Positions 1 through 25,214 of a DNA stretch of 64,000 nucleotides are shown here, piece after piece; position 1 is the stretch's first letter, and each line of letters starts with the position of its first letter. The DNA lies in the NCBI GenBank assembly GCA_050084515.1, contig CM114271.1, positions 45,446,001-45,510,000 on the forward strand, in the 5' to 3' direction. The notes beneath the pieces are model-generated. The model searched no databases, was not told where the DNA came from, and worked only from the letters and a program-made list of their open reading frames with translations. The translations under genes were made by a program, and so were the position numbers. The stretch is from Blasia pusilla. Taxonomy: Eukaryota.

Positions 1-1638
1 AGCTAATCAGATGTTCAATCGCAAATGTAAGGCAGGTAACAGTGGTTATTTGTTTCACTGCATACTCAAACTTCTCTTTGCGGAACGACCAAGTTAGTTG
101 TAAATTGATGAATGACTCGGTGCTTTACATTGCTTTCAAGTTCGTTGTGGTTAGATTTTGTGGATGTGCCCATTTGGTGACATGAACATTTGTACATTGT
201 AGATCTTGTGCAAACATCTTTATAATTATTGAAGGATAACGTTTTGTTAGTTTATCACTTCCCATGACTAGTAATACTTTGGGCAGCAAGAAGCCAAAAC
301 ATATTTATCATGAACATAAAATATTTAGATAAGAAGATATATTTTGGCACAAGAAGCAAAGAAAATGTTCAGATTATTATTTTTTTGCTGCTGAATCTAT
401 ATTATTATTGGAGAATGTTTGGTCATTTTACAAATTCCGCTCCTCTTGACATTTGGCTCGTCGTGTTGGCCAATAGGATTGTTTGAAATTAATTTAAAAT
501 GACATTTTCCAACTTTTTGAGTTAATTTTGGGAGGTAATTCAAATCTAGTAGGAATATAATACAATATGACCCAATAACACTTCCTGCTTGACATACGAC
601 ATATATTAGTGTTATATTACAAGATGACATCTTCTTGATGTTTGAGTGGATCATTATGCACCATAGGTATGTGTATGCCGCATCTCAAAAAATAAAATGA
701 TTAAATTGAAGGGTAACAAAATAAAATTCTTATGCCGGTTTCAAATTGTTGTATTGATTTCAATTAAAAAAATTGGCTTGAAACAACTAGAAAATAACAT
801 TCAATGAATGCTTGTAGATGTATGGAAACTATGATACATTATGAAATATCTAATCATATGGGACGATCGAAATTTTATTCCATGTATTCTATTGATTTTT
901 TCGCACTCATCTTTTTTTTTGGAATAAATTTCAATTCATTATCCATAGGTCTATTGCCAAGATTATTAATAAGTCTCAATGTCACATGTACTTACTTTAT
1001 AAGATACAATTTACTTGCTTGTGTATGCATCTCGTTATCAATTTTTGTGTGTTGCATTGTCTATTCTAGACTTTGAGTTTTGATTTTATCTTGGAAGGCA
1101 AATGACCACATCTACTAAGAAAGAGGAGGAGGGTCTCACCATAAGCTATTCCTCTAACTTTCAATCAGATTCAATGGTGGAAATAGATTTTGGCATGAGA
1201 TGAGTGTGAGAATTCAAAAAAAGCAAATTGATGTGTATCTAAGCTCCTCTTGATCTTCTTTCAAGTTCCTTTCATGAGCTATTTTTTCAAGTACTTTATC
1301 ATAAATCATGAAAGTTAGCCACAACATGCTCCCACGCCTTAAGAACCCAAAGAAAAAACAGATCTCGAATCGCTCACTTGTGCATTGAATTAAGAATGAG
1401 TCTATCAGACTCTATCTAGCCATTTACATCCTCTTCTTCTTTCAATTTCCTTTTCAATGGCTTTTTTTAAATTATAATTTCAATATAAATCATGAAAGTT
1501 TGTCACAACATGCCTCCAAGTCTTAAGAACTTAAGAAAAAAAATCCTAAAATTTCCCACCTATATATTGAATTAAAAAATGAGAAATCCTAGATTTAAAA
1601 TTTGAGTTTGGGTTTTATCTTGGAAGGTAAATTGCCAG

Positions 1639-1890
1639 GATAGGCCCTTTTGAAAGATATATGAAGGCTTTGTCTATTGCCTCATGGAGGGGATTCCTAA
1701 GTTACTTTTGGTACATTATCTTATTTTGTTTTGTTTTGTTCCTTCCACTTCTAAGTTCTTAATCATTTTTTTTCTTTTGACACTTCTATCATGGCCATTT
1801 TCATGACTTTTATGGAGGTTTCCGAGATTACATTGAGGCCTATAAGGATCTTGTTAGATAGTCATACCTATCTATTACTTTGGAAGTGAT
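1639..1890 (+). mobile_element. Old degenerate fragment of the CRE-like non-LTR retrotransposon (post-RT region)
   Basis: GATAGGCCCTTTTGAAAGATAT...GGCTTTGTCTATTGCCTCAT..GGGGATTCC and TTCTTTTGACACTTCTATCATGGC align by eye with 47521-47720 of the long copy; boundaries approximate. Confidence 0.6.
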
Positions 1891-1960
1891 CTATGTGTAT
1901 AGATCTCCCTTGTCTTTAGGAGTGGCATTCTTGGATATGTGCTACTTGTCATATGTTTTA

Positions 1961-2131
1961 CTAGTGGGCAACCTGTGCTATGCACAAGAGTGAATGGACT
2001 GATCATATTGCATACAAAATCGTTTTCTTACTGCTCGTAGAGGGGGAAATATTTTCTTGCTGCCCAGTTGCCACATGTCAAACAACGAGGTGTTTGCAAA
2101 TCAAGAAGGCACTCTCCAATAATAATATAGA
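1961..2131 (-). mobile_element. Short non-autonomous Helitron-like element (~170 bp)
   Basis: On the minus strand it starts TCTATATTATTATTGGAGAGTGCC and ends with a short hairpin (TGTGCATAGCACA) then CTAG; it sits between A and T with no TSD; related copies occur elsewhere in the window. Confidence 0.65.
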
Positions 2132-2749
2132 TAACACATTATAAGGGCTTTGTGACAATACTTGGACCTAGAGGGCCAAGTGGGATGGCTTCTTTTGAGA
2201 GGCCTTGCTCTCATATGATGACACTTGGAGGGATTGGAAGGACATGCGTAGGCTAGGTTACTTATGACGTAATATAGATGGGTAACTTATTCATATAGGT
2301 TTCCATGGAGTACCTCTAGAGGTGCCTATTCATGATAACACTTATTCAGAGCTCATCTTCCTTAGATCAACCATTCTTGGGATGTGTGATATCGTGCAAT
2401 TATGTTGTTGTATTGAGCCTAGACTCTCTAGAGTAGGAGTGGCCTAGGATTCATTGGAGCTCACATTCATATTTAGAGTTTATTGTAGATTCCTTCATAT
2501 TTCTTATTGCTATGACAATGTGTGTCATTGTGTAAATGTTGAGCCATCTTGAGAATGAATGGTGTGCTAGCAAATTACACATCATTCAACTTTACATTTT
2601 GAAGGCTCTTGTTGAGTTTGGAGTGCATATGTGAAGTGTGATTGATTTTATATTGGGTTGTGTCCATTCTTTCATGTGTAGATATGCTAGGATTCAAAAT
2701 ATAGATGGATCTCAAACATGTATTGATGATATCCGATGTATAGTTGCAC

Positions 2750-4345
2750 AACATAACATTTGGTACACTTCTTGATCTTAATACTTTTGATGGAGATGAT
2801 GGTGTCTTGGCTTCACAACAAGCTATATTGCGTATTTCTTTTAGAAATGTAGGGCTTTCCTCCATATTTGCATTTGCACCAAAAACTTTTCAGGGGAGTT
2901 GGGGTTTGGTTGCTCCTATTATGACTTCAAGGTTTCTCTAAGGAGATATGCCTATCTTGAAGGATCATGCGGCCCATGTCAAGGAAGGGGATCTATTATT
3001 CCAATAACAATTAAGATATGCTTGAGCTCTTCTTCCACTTGCTCTAAACAAAATTCTACCCTGTTATAGAGCTCAACCTCTACTTCTTCTTGCTTTGTCT
3101 TGAAGCACTCTTGACTTTGAGCTTTGTAAGCAAAAGTTGTGGGTTGAGTCTCAAAGACTCAACTAGTTGCATATTCTGAAGTAGCTAAGAAGCTACCGAA
3201 CAATAATTGGGTCGAGTCTCCCCAAGCGCGTAAAATACCCCTAGGAAGCCTCTTCCCCAAGCCTCCCCTATTTGCTCACCTATATTGGAGTGCTTCGGTT
3301 AATCCCTCAAGGTGTGTCCCAAATGGTGTCTTATCTCAAACATGAAATATTGTTCTTGATTCATGGATTTGAGTAGGTAGAGAGGGCGAGTGTCGGCACC
3401 TATTCATACTTGTGGGGTTTTCTATGGAAACTAAACCTTCCCCATTGTTCCCGCTGGGCCCTAAATTCAAATGTGATTTGCAACCCACGAACTCGCGTTT
3501 GACTAGTTATCCCTCAACATGGCTTTGTGGAGGCTTCCTACAAGATTCTGTAACTCTCAACCCTCCAAACACATCTTAGAGCTTGGACGTGTGTTTTGTG
3601 TGTCGCATGGCTAGTGCCAATCTTGACTCTCTTGGTTTGGTATCTCATGGTTGTTTTTCCGTCTATCGTGTTTTATGACTAGTCTTTATGTGTATCATCC
3701 GTCTTGACTACTTACATGTTTCTTGCTTCTTGCCCTTGACTTGGGGCTTGGCTCAGAGGTCACACACCTTGCTTGCCTTGACTTTATCCGGGTGAGTAGC
3801 TATGTCCCTTTCTTGCCTAAGGCTAGTCTCAAGACGTGTGTGCGTCTTGCTTAGCATTAGTTCTATAGTTGGTTCCATCGCCATTCCTACTCTCGTGACT
3901 AACTAGTATAGGTTCCAACTTTTGTGTATTACACCAAGGTCTTTCTTCCTTGGACCCGTGATCATGACTCACTTCTTTGGTCCCCGCTTTCAATCAATTA
4001 ATTACGAAAGGGCTTGATCAATTTCAAGAGCTTATTTCCCAAAATTTATACCTAATCAACTTGTAAGTATTCTCTCTAAGGTAGTCTCTGATACTTATTG
4101 AGATTGTGTGCATTCATGTGTGTACAAGAGAGGAGGCGTTGGCTTATTAAAAATCTTCATATTCTTCCATTTCGTCTTCCGTGGAGTTCTACAATTATAC
4201 CTCATCCTTCTCTTGTAGATGTGCCTAATGGTATATGCGGGAAGCCCATTGATGCAAAAGATATACATAATCTTTGATGTGCATGTGATGGAGAACGAAT
4301 GACATTATATAATGTAATCATAGAGACAATAACATCAATGGCTTG
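2750..4345 (+). mobile_element. Degenerate CRE-like retrotransposon fragment, split by a ~0.9 kb insertion
   Basis: ORF 2744-2941 (TFDGDDGVLASQQAILRISF..GSWGLVAPIMTSRFL) matches the 47320-48381 ORF; homology breaks at 3061 (ATTCTACCC) and resumes at ~3982 (CCCCGCTTTCAATCAA...GGGCTTGATC), continuing to the CCHC-finger region at ~4230-4320. Confidence 0.75.
3062..3981. mobile_element. Unclassified ~920 bp insertion, possibly a solo LTR
   Basis: Interrupts a colinear CRE fragment and begins TGTTATAG; no clean CA end or TSD seen. Confidence 0.35.
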
Positions 4346-5143
4346 TACTACGTATCCTACCTTATACTACATGAGCAATCTTTTGTTGACGAATTGACCT
4401 AATTATGTCCCAAGGTGGCTTTCGTCAATAGCGTGATGTTAGTGCTTGGCTTTCGTCAATCGCGTGATGTAAGTGCTGGTCGATGATCCATCTCTTTCCG
4501 GGTTGGTGTATCAAGATAAACATAATAAAAGTTGTTGCTACATTAATGTAGCAACAAGGAGTTAAGCTACACGACAAGCCTTTATCCCTGGGGCTATGAA
4601 AGGTTTTGGGTACTAACATACTTTCTTGAAAATATTAATCATTATTCCATCAAGAATCATTTATCAACTTGTTTGCCCCTATTAGAACCAGCACAAATAT
4701 CGGCTTTGCTAGCACATGGCAAAGCCCAAATGGCATATCATGTCACCATTCATTAATGATTGAATTATCGAATTATAACGTTGCCATTTTACGTCCCTTG
4801 CCTTCTTCCTCGGGATGTAGTTCTACTTCCATACCCTCTCTTCTCGAGGTTTGTTTCCGTAATAATAAACGGGATACCACACTCCCTGATATCTTCCAAG
4901 AATCCGTGGTATTAAAGACCCTCGGCGTCCCTGTCCAGGGTCGGCAAGGACTCCGCTCTACGTTCCCGACACCGCGTTCCAGACCGGCGTACCTTACTTC
5001 CTCACCTTTCCGCCCGCCATCCGTGAGACGAGGATGGATGTAAGAGGGGCGGCGCCAAGATCTGAGGAGCGAGCGCCTCTTCTTCCCTGTTATCGGTGGC
5101 CCCTCCTTCCTCTGCCCCCATCCGTCACGTAAAATTGCATGAG

Positions 5144-5173
5144 ACTTCCGTCCCCATGGACGGGGACGGAAGT
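5144..5173. repeat. 12-bp perfect inverted repeat (6-nt loop) upstream of the AAC coding region
   Basis: ACTTCCGTCCCC atggac GGGGACGGAAGT. Confidence 0.85.
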
Positions 5174-5461
5174 TAGTTGATAGATAGATAGTCTTGCATG
5201 GGATGATAGTAAGGCCCGTCCGTCTGTGCACCAGGAGGTTGAAGTTTCTCCTTCGGCGGAAAGATGGGTTCAAGGCTCTTTGCAGCTCGGGCTCCACGAC
5301 CGCTGGTTTCTTAGCTCGGGCCCGCCGCTGCGTGCGATAAAGAAGCCGCGCGAATTTCCGAGTGTTTCTTTCGCGTGGAGTTGCGGCGGCTGCGCGCTCA
5401 TTGTGAAGGTGAGGGACGCAGGAGAGTCGTCGAGATGCAATTCCGATTGATGTTCGGGGCG

Positions 5462-5526
5462 GGCGCACTGAAACAGGAAGCCTGTCGATGAAAGATCGAT
5501 CGACAGGCTTCCTGTTTCAGTGCGCC
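5462..5526. repeat. 28-bp perfect inverted repeat (9-nt loop) in the AAC 5' leader region
   Basis: GGCGCACTGAAACAGGAAGCCTGTCGAT gaaagatcg ATCGACAGGCTTCCTGTTTCAGTGCGCC. Confidence 0.95.
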
Positions 5527-6030
5527 GCTGCCAAGAAAGACTCCATGTTCTTCTCAGCGTGATTGTCTGTGTCTCCAGCTTTCTGCAAATCTTGGTCTGT
5601 AGTAGCATAACCCGTCTGCATCAGTGCGCACGCACAACGTCCATGTTTTGCTCAAAAGATTTCTTATTTTTTGCGATCTGAGTTCGATCCGGTGCAAGCG
5701 TTCGCGCACCACCAGTACCGCCCCTCCCCCCCGCCACCTAACGCAGATGGAAGCTGGACTCGTGAGTGCGCCACCACGGTGATCGATTTCTTTGGTGGAA
5801 ATCTAGAATGTAGATAGGCCGGGCCCCGAGGACTGTGACGTGAGGCTAGGAGCCATGTACGCATTCGTGTGGGTGTTTCTTGAACTGTAGTTACGTGAAC
5901 TCTAGAGTGGGGCGGATTGCGCGCGTACGTATGTTGGGGGTGGGTGCGTTCAGCTGATGTTTTGGTTGGTCTGATGGCCGCTGCGTACTGCCAGGAGAGC
6001 GAGGATTAATCGTCAGTGAAATTGCGGTCG

Positions 6031-6659
6031 ATGGACGGGATTGCGCTCGCGGAGCCCAGGCAAAGGATGCACAACAGCATCCTCGGGAACATGGTGTCGA
6101 TATCGTACATGGCAGGTAAGCTGGCGCCCTCCATGAATCGGTATCAAGTGACCTGCAGTGAAGAGCCTCCGCCGCAGCAGCAGCAGCAGGAGTACGCAAT
6201 GAGATCGTTGTTGCCTTGCAATGTTAGAGAAAGGCTGAGTATGTCGCATGGTTCGAGCACTTCCCCGGAGTCCGCAACGGCCAGGCTTCTGCTGTCCGCT
6301 CGTTCCTCGGAGTGGGCAGTTCTGATGGACGGGCCGAGCAGGGACCCGTTGTTTATTCCATCCGGAAAGGAGGAGGGGGGCAAAGGAGGGAAAGGGCCGT
6401 ACGGTTTCCTCATAGATTTCCTCATGGGAGGAGTGTCTGCGGCCGTGTCGAAAACGGCTGCGGCTCCCATCGAGAGGATCAAGCTGTTGGTCCAGAATCA
6501 AGATGAGATGTTGAAGTCGGGCCGTTTGGACAAGCCTTACAGGGGCGTCGTCGATTGCTTCACACGAACTATTTCGAGCGAGGGAGTCAGGGCGCTGTGG
6601 AGGGGTAACTTGGCCAATGTTATTCGCTACTTCCCTACGCAGGTATATGTGATCCGGAC

Positions 6660-6693
<34 letters not shown>

Positions 6694-8560
6694 TCCCCCA
6701 TCCTCGGTGCCAACTTCTTCTTGAAGTCTTAGATCAGAGCGCCTTTCTGTCGGTCAGATGCTTGCTTTTTCTTCGACTGGCATCGACTCCGTCGCTGTGT
6801 ACGTGACGCTTCTTTCGTCAGCTCCGACGTCGTCGTATAGAGAGAATCATCGAACGTCAGGACCCGAAATTCTGGGGCATTTGTTCGCTCCGCGGGTTTC
6901 ACTTTTATGCCAACGGGCGACTGTCACATCGAAGTGTTCTCGCGCGGGATCGCTGAAGTGGTTTTCATCGTTTGCCTAATAAATCAAGACCGCCTGCTGG
7001 CTACGGTGCCCTCCAAGTGCTCCTGTTTCTTGAAGAATAATGAAAGAACGTTCCAAAGGATTGGCTTGAGGATCGTTGCCCAAGATTGAGCTTCGCCAAG
7101 CATACGCAGGAGGCTATGTCCGTTTCGGGGTTCGTTTGTTTCCCTTCGGATCGACCTGACAATCGAGTGATGGAAGCTCCGCGAGCGTCGAACCGCTACC
7201 GTTTTGACGAGAGTTTCTGCAGCATGCAGCCGCGAGGTATTCGGACGCGGATTGCATGATCGATTTTCGTGGGGAGGAGACTGTTACATCGGGCTGTAAA
7301 CAGACGAGCCGTTATCAGGCTATCGTTCGTCGAATGCTGTGACTCGCTATGAGCAGAACGCACCCGCTTACGTTTGCCGGTTTTCTGTCGATCGCTCTGA
7401 TTCTCAGGTCGGCGGGGATCAAGAGCCTTGGGATTTTCTCATGTCTCGAGAACAATCTGAGAAAGGATGCGTTGGGATTTTCTCGTGTCTCGAGAACAAT
7501 CTGAGAAAGGATGAGTTATATTGCTTCTTATGGTGTTGTGGGTTTTCCTTGCGCTGCTGCGCAGGCGCTGAATTTCGCGTTCAAGGATTTTTTCAATGGC
7601 CTTTTCGGAATGAAGAAAGACAAGGACGGGTATTGGAAGTGGTTCGCAGGGAACTTAGCGTCAGGAGGCGCCGCCGGAGCTTCATCTCTCCTCTTTGTAT
7701 ACTCGTTGGATTTCGCACGAACGCGCTTGGCCAACGATGCCAAGTCGGTCAAGAAAGGAGGCGGAGAAAGGCAGTTCAATGGTCTGCTCGACGTTTACAA
7801 GAAAACCATTGCGACGGATGGTCTCGCGGGGTTGTACCGAGGATTTAACATCTCGTGTGTGGGTATCGTCGTGTACCGTGGGCTTTACTTCGGGCTTTAT
7901 GACTCGCTGAAGCCCGTCGTCTTGGTCGGACCCCTAGAGGTAAATCGAAGCGTCTGTCATCTGCGTGTCCACAAGTCCAGCGATTGTTGTGACAGACAGC
8001 TAGAGCGTCCACGGGTCTTTCGAGACGTTTCGCATCTGCGCTAGATTTGTATTGCAGTTCCGTCGGCCGCAAGCGGTCTCTTTCGAGTTGAGTTTCGCTA
8101 GCGTCGGTGCCTTCGATGATGCAGTGCTCTCGACGATCGACGTAATAGCTCGGGAGCATTTGATGTCGAAGTAGACTGTGGATATGACGATTCTTGAAGC
8201 ATGTAGAGCATATTTCGGATAGTGGAATGAGCTGAAGTGCGGGGGTTTGGCACTTGTGCGCAGGGGAGCTTCGGGGCGAGTTTTCTGCTGGGATGGGGGA
8301 TCACCATCGCCGCAGGGCTCGCGTCCTATCCACTGGACACGGTGCGACGCCGCATGATGATGACGTCCGGAGAGGCCGTGAAATACAAGAGCTCCATGGA
8401 AGCCTTCGATAAGATCGTCGCCAAGGAGGGCTACAAATCGCTGTTCAAAGGGGCGGGCGCTAATATTTTGCGAGCGGTGGCCGGAGCCGGTGTCCTGTCG
8501 GGTTACGATCAGCTTCAGTTGATTTTCTTCGGCAAGGCGTACAGTGGGGGTGGTGGGTAG
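6031..8560 (+). CDS. AAC: Mitochondrial ADP/ATP carrier (adenine nucleotide translocator); exons 6031-6642, 7565-7939, 8264-8560; ~427 aa
   Basis: [61 protein letters not shown] and the RRRMMM signature; GT-AG introns at plant-typical positions. The start ATG is uncertain because several in-frame Met codons are present. Confidence 0.96.
6662..6692. repeat. (AC)n microsatellite in AAC intron 1
   Basis: About 15 AC units. Confidence 0.9.
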
Positions 8561-10384
8561 CTTGCTTGCTCGAGTTCTCTCGCTCGCTCATCGGCTATGC
8601 GAGCGGGGTGCAGGGCTCGCTAGCCAGAGCTTGTAGATCGACATGAGCTGGTGGGCCGGTATTGTTCGCGGCAAAGCTTCGGTCGGGAACACGGATGATG
8701 AGCAGTCATTGAAACTGATCCGCAAGGAGTCTATCCTGATCTGCATTTGTTTTTCGAAGTTGTCCTTCTCTTACTTCAGTAGCTGCTGAGTTTGCGTCCA
8801 GATTTGAATTGACATGGGTTCCGGTGGAGTGAGTGCCTTCGGAATGGAAGTTGGAGTTTCGCCAGATTTGGATTCGTTGTTAAAAATTCTCTTCCTCTCG
8901 CTTCACTAGCTGCTCAGTTGCTTCCAGATTGACATGGGATCCGGAGGAGTGGCTTCGGAATGAAAGTTGAGCTGAGCTACCATGCCCTCCACGGAGACAT
9001 ATGGAGCTTGGGAATTTCGTTTTAGGGGTTTCTCACGCCGTCTCTTCAGTCTTCCTGGGGAACTTTCCCGGTGACAGCGGCTTTGAAGCTTTCCTCGTGA
9101 ATCTGTTCTTCGTCACACCCGAATCTTCGTTCCCCGTTACTCCATGTCCATCTCACGTTTTGCTCAGTCCGTCCGTTTTCAAATCATCGACGACACACTG
9201 TGGTGCCCGCGGAACGACTCTTCAAACTTCATCGCCAGATCTTACAATACGTACGTGCTCTCTTTGTTCCTGTGATCTCCTTCGATGTTCAGTGCAGTTT
9301 CCACATTCCTTCAAGTTCAAGTTTCCTCCTGTGGGTAAGTTTCTGCACCAGATGAAATCTCAATCGACTCCAGCCGGCGACCAGCCACTTCCTCGCACTG
9401 GTGAAACGAGATCCCACACATTTTGATCGGCGCAAGAATGTGGACGACTGGTGGATGCACATCTTCGAGAGTCGGAAGGGAAAAGGGCATCGACACAAAC
9501 GACGCATTTGAGGATATTTATATTCAAGCGACCAAATTTTGGCAACCACCGTACAAACATAAGCGAATGAAACCCACTCCACCTCGGAATTCCCTTTTGC
9601 GTTCGCATTGCACCGATTACAGTCGGAACGGACAGCCGATCCGAAGCATTTGCGTGCATCAAGAAAATAACGAGTTGAGAACCCCACATCCACCGACAGC
9701 GAACGCATACCCACTCACACTACTCCTCCTCCTCCTTCTCGTACTATCTATCCCCTCATTTTCTCTGGAATGAAAGTGGAAATGAGAGATGAGTGGAACA
9801 GAACCTCGGAGGCACCAACGACAGAAACTTTATTAACGCTTACATGCGGGCAGAAAGCCCTGAAAAATGTTACATTATAATGATAGTGTACAAGTGACCA
9901 TCCTAGAATAAAACCAAAATGGAAACTGGTGGGTGGAACACGGGGAATGACAGTAGGTTTTCCTTACTGCTGGCATGATAGAGTATGAATATTCAGACAT
10001 GCTCGCACTGAGCCCGAGATCGGACAAAGCACTTCACAAAAAGTACAGAATAATTGTCAGCGGAAGGCCAGAGATGATCTCAGGCCCCTTGGACGTTGAC
10101 GACAGGTCGGTTTACGAACACGATGTACCAAGCTTAAAGCTAAGATGCATCCCACACCAATCTCATGTATTATGGACATAATAATCAGGAGATTTTCGAT
10201 TTTCAGCCCTTCTCGGGCAAAAGGTCCAAGATCCGGGGAAGCGCTCGAATACGTATGTTACAATAACTCACCTGCGACGAGAGAAGCAGCTAGGGTGAAG
10301 GGTTCCTTCAAATGTGTGAAGGGTGACGGCCGGGGAAAAAAATAAGTCACTCAAGCTTCTCCCAGACGCTCTTTCTTAACTCAC

Positions 10385-22781
<12,397 letters not shown>

Positions 22782-22981
22782 TCCTCGCCCTCTTCCCAAG
22801 TTTCTCCCCTCCTGTTTTCTCGTCGACCTCGTTCCTCTTCGTCTCAATTTAAACCGTGATTGGACTCAGCGTTCGACAGCAGCCAACCATAATCAAAAGC
22901 AGAGTCCGTCCCTCTGTGCGTCCGCTCCGAAACGCACCTCTAAATCCTCGACTCCAGAACTACGGAAGCCTCTTGGATCCC

Positions 22982-23048
22982 CTCTCTCTCTCTCTCTATA
23001 TATATATATATTTATCTCTCCCTCGGTCTCTCTCTCTCTCTCTCTATA
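22982..23048. repeat. Compound (CT)n/(AT)n microsatellite in the GOGAT 5' leader or promoter
   Basis: CTCTCT..ATATAT..CTCTCT runs. Confidence 0.85.
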
Positions 23049-24902
23049 TCCCCGAGCAAATCTCGTCGCACACTCGGCAGCGGCCACGGGCGATCAAAGT
23101 ACTCACTAAGCGAGGCCGTGGAGGAGCCCTGGGGAGGATGGGGAGGAAGAGGAAGGAAGGGAGAGTCCGGGCGGAGAAGGGAAGGAGATGCGGGGTGGCA
23201 GAGGGGCCGGAGAGCTTTTTCTTCTGGCAGCTATGGCCGCGAAAGCGTGGGACCCATGGGCCGACGGACAGAGAAAGAGAGAGCGAGAAGGAAGGGGGGC
23301 CCCTTGCGAAGTCCAAAGGCCCGTCCCTACGCCGGGCCTACGGTCCTCCGTGGCCCCCCGGCTTTCAGTCTGGAGTGAGGACTAGGGCCTACGTCGACCT
23401 AAGGTCCCCCCTACCGTACATGTCGGCCTACGACCGATGATAGCAGCAGTAGTAGTACTAGAGTAGGAGGATGAGCCAATGGATTACTCCTCCTCACGTG
23501 CGATCATGTCCTTAAATGACCTCCTCGACACCAACGCCCGACATTTCACCTTTGCCGGACTTTCCATGGCGCTGCCCGTCGGCTTTGTCTCTTACCTTGC
23601 TTCTCTGTTCCTGCCCGTGTTCCTCCTTTTCATTCCCTCGCCTTCCAGGCGGCCACCTCAAACCGCCGATAGCCCGTGCGCTCCCGGTGTGGGGAAAAGG
23701 TTTTCCCGACCATCGTGGCATTGTTTTCGAGACTCGAGTTTTCCCGACAAATCTTTTATGCCACCACGACATTTTATTTTTTAAAATCAAGTACCTCTCA
23801 TTTGGAAACGAAAGCTTCCTTTGTTTCTTATCTGGTGAGATGATCCAATTCAAGGTTATTTCATGACCATGACTATGGCGTTTACATCTTAATTTTTTGG
23901 CATTAGAAAAGCTTTATCTCTAAAACATTGATGTTATTGAAGAAAATAATCTCTAAAGTGTGTATATTCCAGGAGCATGACTTTTTTTCCCGTATAACCA
24001 ATTAATAAAATCTTCTTTGCACACATGCTTGAGACTTTCCCAATTTAGATTTTTTTTATGAGGTTTCTTATCCTTACATATAAACATAAAGACAATCTCT
24101 TAAAAAAAGGCTCCGAGAATTTAAGATCCATCCCAAGACGGATGATAGAGAAGACTAGATAGAGATCCCCACCGGAGGTTGTGATCTTTCCTTCTAGTGG
24201 TACCTCCCTCAATTTACGAAAACATGATCCCGTAAAAAATGTTGGAAAAAATGATTGACGACCTCAATTGCATGTTGATAATTTAGAACTCTTACATCCC
24301 ATATGATTAGCATGGCATTCTAGACTAGGCCCGTCGCATAACTTTTGACCAAGAATCTATAAATTTTCATTAGAAAAACTATGATTATAAACCATATTCA
24401 TGGGACCATTATGGCTTCTTCTCCGAGTAAAGATAAGATTTTGTAAATATTTACTTACAAGTGAAACTTTTATCATAGTTTATGCTTTATAGTAACATTG
24501 GAATCTGAAAAATTATAGATATTTTACCTACTAATAAAACAACCATCCTAGTCCTAGATGATCATAAAGCCAAAACTATACCTCTCTCACAATGTACATT
24601 TACTATAAATATATCTTTCACGTTTCTCTTAGGTCATCAATACTATTTTTGGAAATAATTGTAGAATGCCTTATGAAATTTATCATAGTACATAACATCC
24701 AAAACATCTCCTTAATTTTTTAATTTTATCATTCATAGTCATCTCTATTATAACATAAGTTGTTCATATTAATCCAAATAATATGTCCCTAATCACAAGA
24801 GTCTTTCAAATACCTCAACCAAGATGACATAACTTCATCCCTAGAATCATTAATGTAGTAATTTCTACAAAGTACTACCTAAATATGCATAAAAGAAGAT
24901 GA

Positions 24903-25214
24903 TATCACATCTTAGTTAGCCAACACAATGGAACTCCACTGTCTAAGACATGAGCTTGAGTGTTAGAGTCCATATTTCCTCATGGTGAAGGATAGATGTG
25001 GCTTGATATTACAATATAGATTCGAGGGTAGAGTTGGACGTGTGAGCATTTTTACTTTGATTTTACATGAGAAATCGTTGTGTGGTCTTGTACATGGATG
25101 AATCTATTTTTTTTATGTGTGGATCTACCTGTGTGTTGGAAAGATTAGTGATGTTTGGTGTGTAGTTATATGATAAAAAATATGGATTGTGTAATGATGT
25201 GTTTACACACAACA
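24903..25214 (+). mobile_element. Solo LTR (~312 bp) of the adjacent Gypsy family
   Basis: Starts TATCACATCTTAGTTAGC (decayed TGTCACA..), ends ..ACACACAACA, flanked by ATGA/ATGA (4-bp TSD); its 3' half matches the reverse complement of 25502-25640. Confidence 0.7.

Noticed and set aside
4773-5468. 231-aa minus-strand ORF upstream of AAC
   Set aside because: Arg-rich translation of GC-rich promoter/leader, non-ATG start, no domain
7429-7513. 44-bp tandem duplication in AAC intron 1 (similar 31-bp duplication at ~4416-4478)
   Set aside because: Ordinary local duplications with no sign of function
6031-8560. ER-ANT1-type carrier
   Set aside because: Has an N-terminal extension, RRRMMM and canonical mitochondrial AAC residues
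22856-23440. 194-aa ORF divergent from GOGAT
   Set aside because: Runs through microsatellites and GC-rich promoter sequence; low complexity, no recognisable domain
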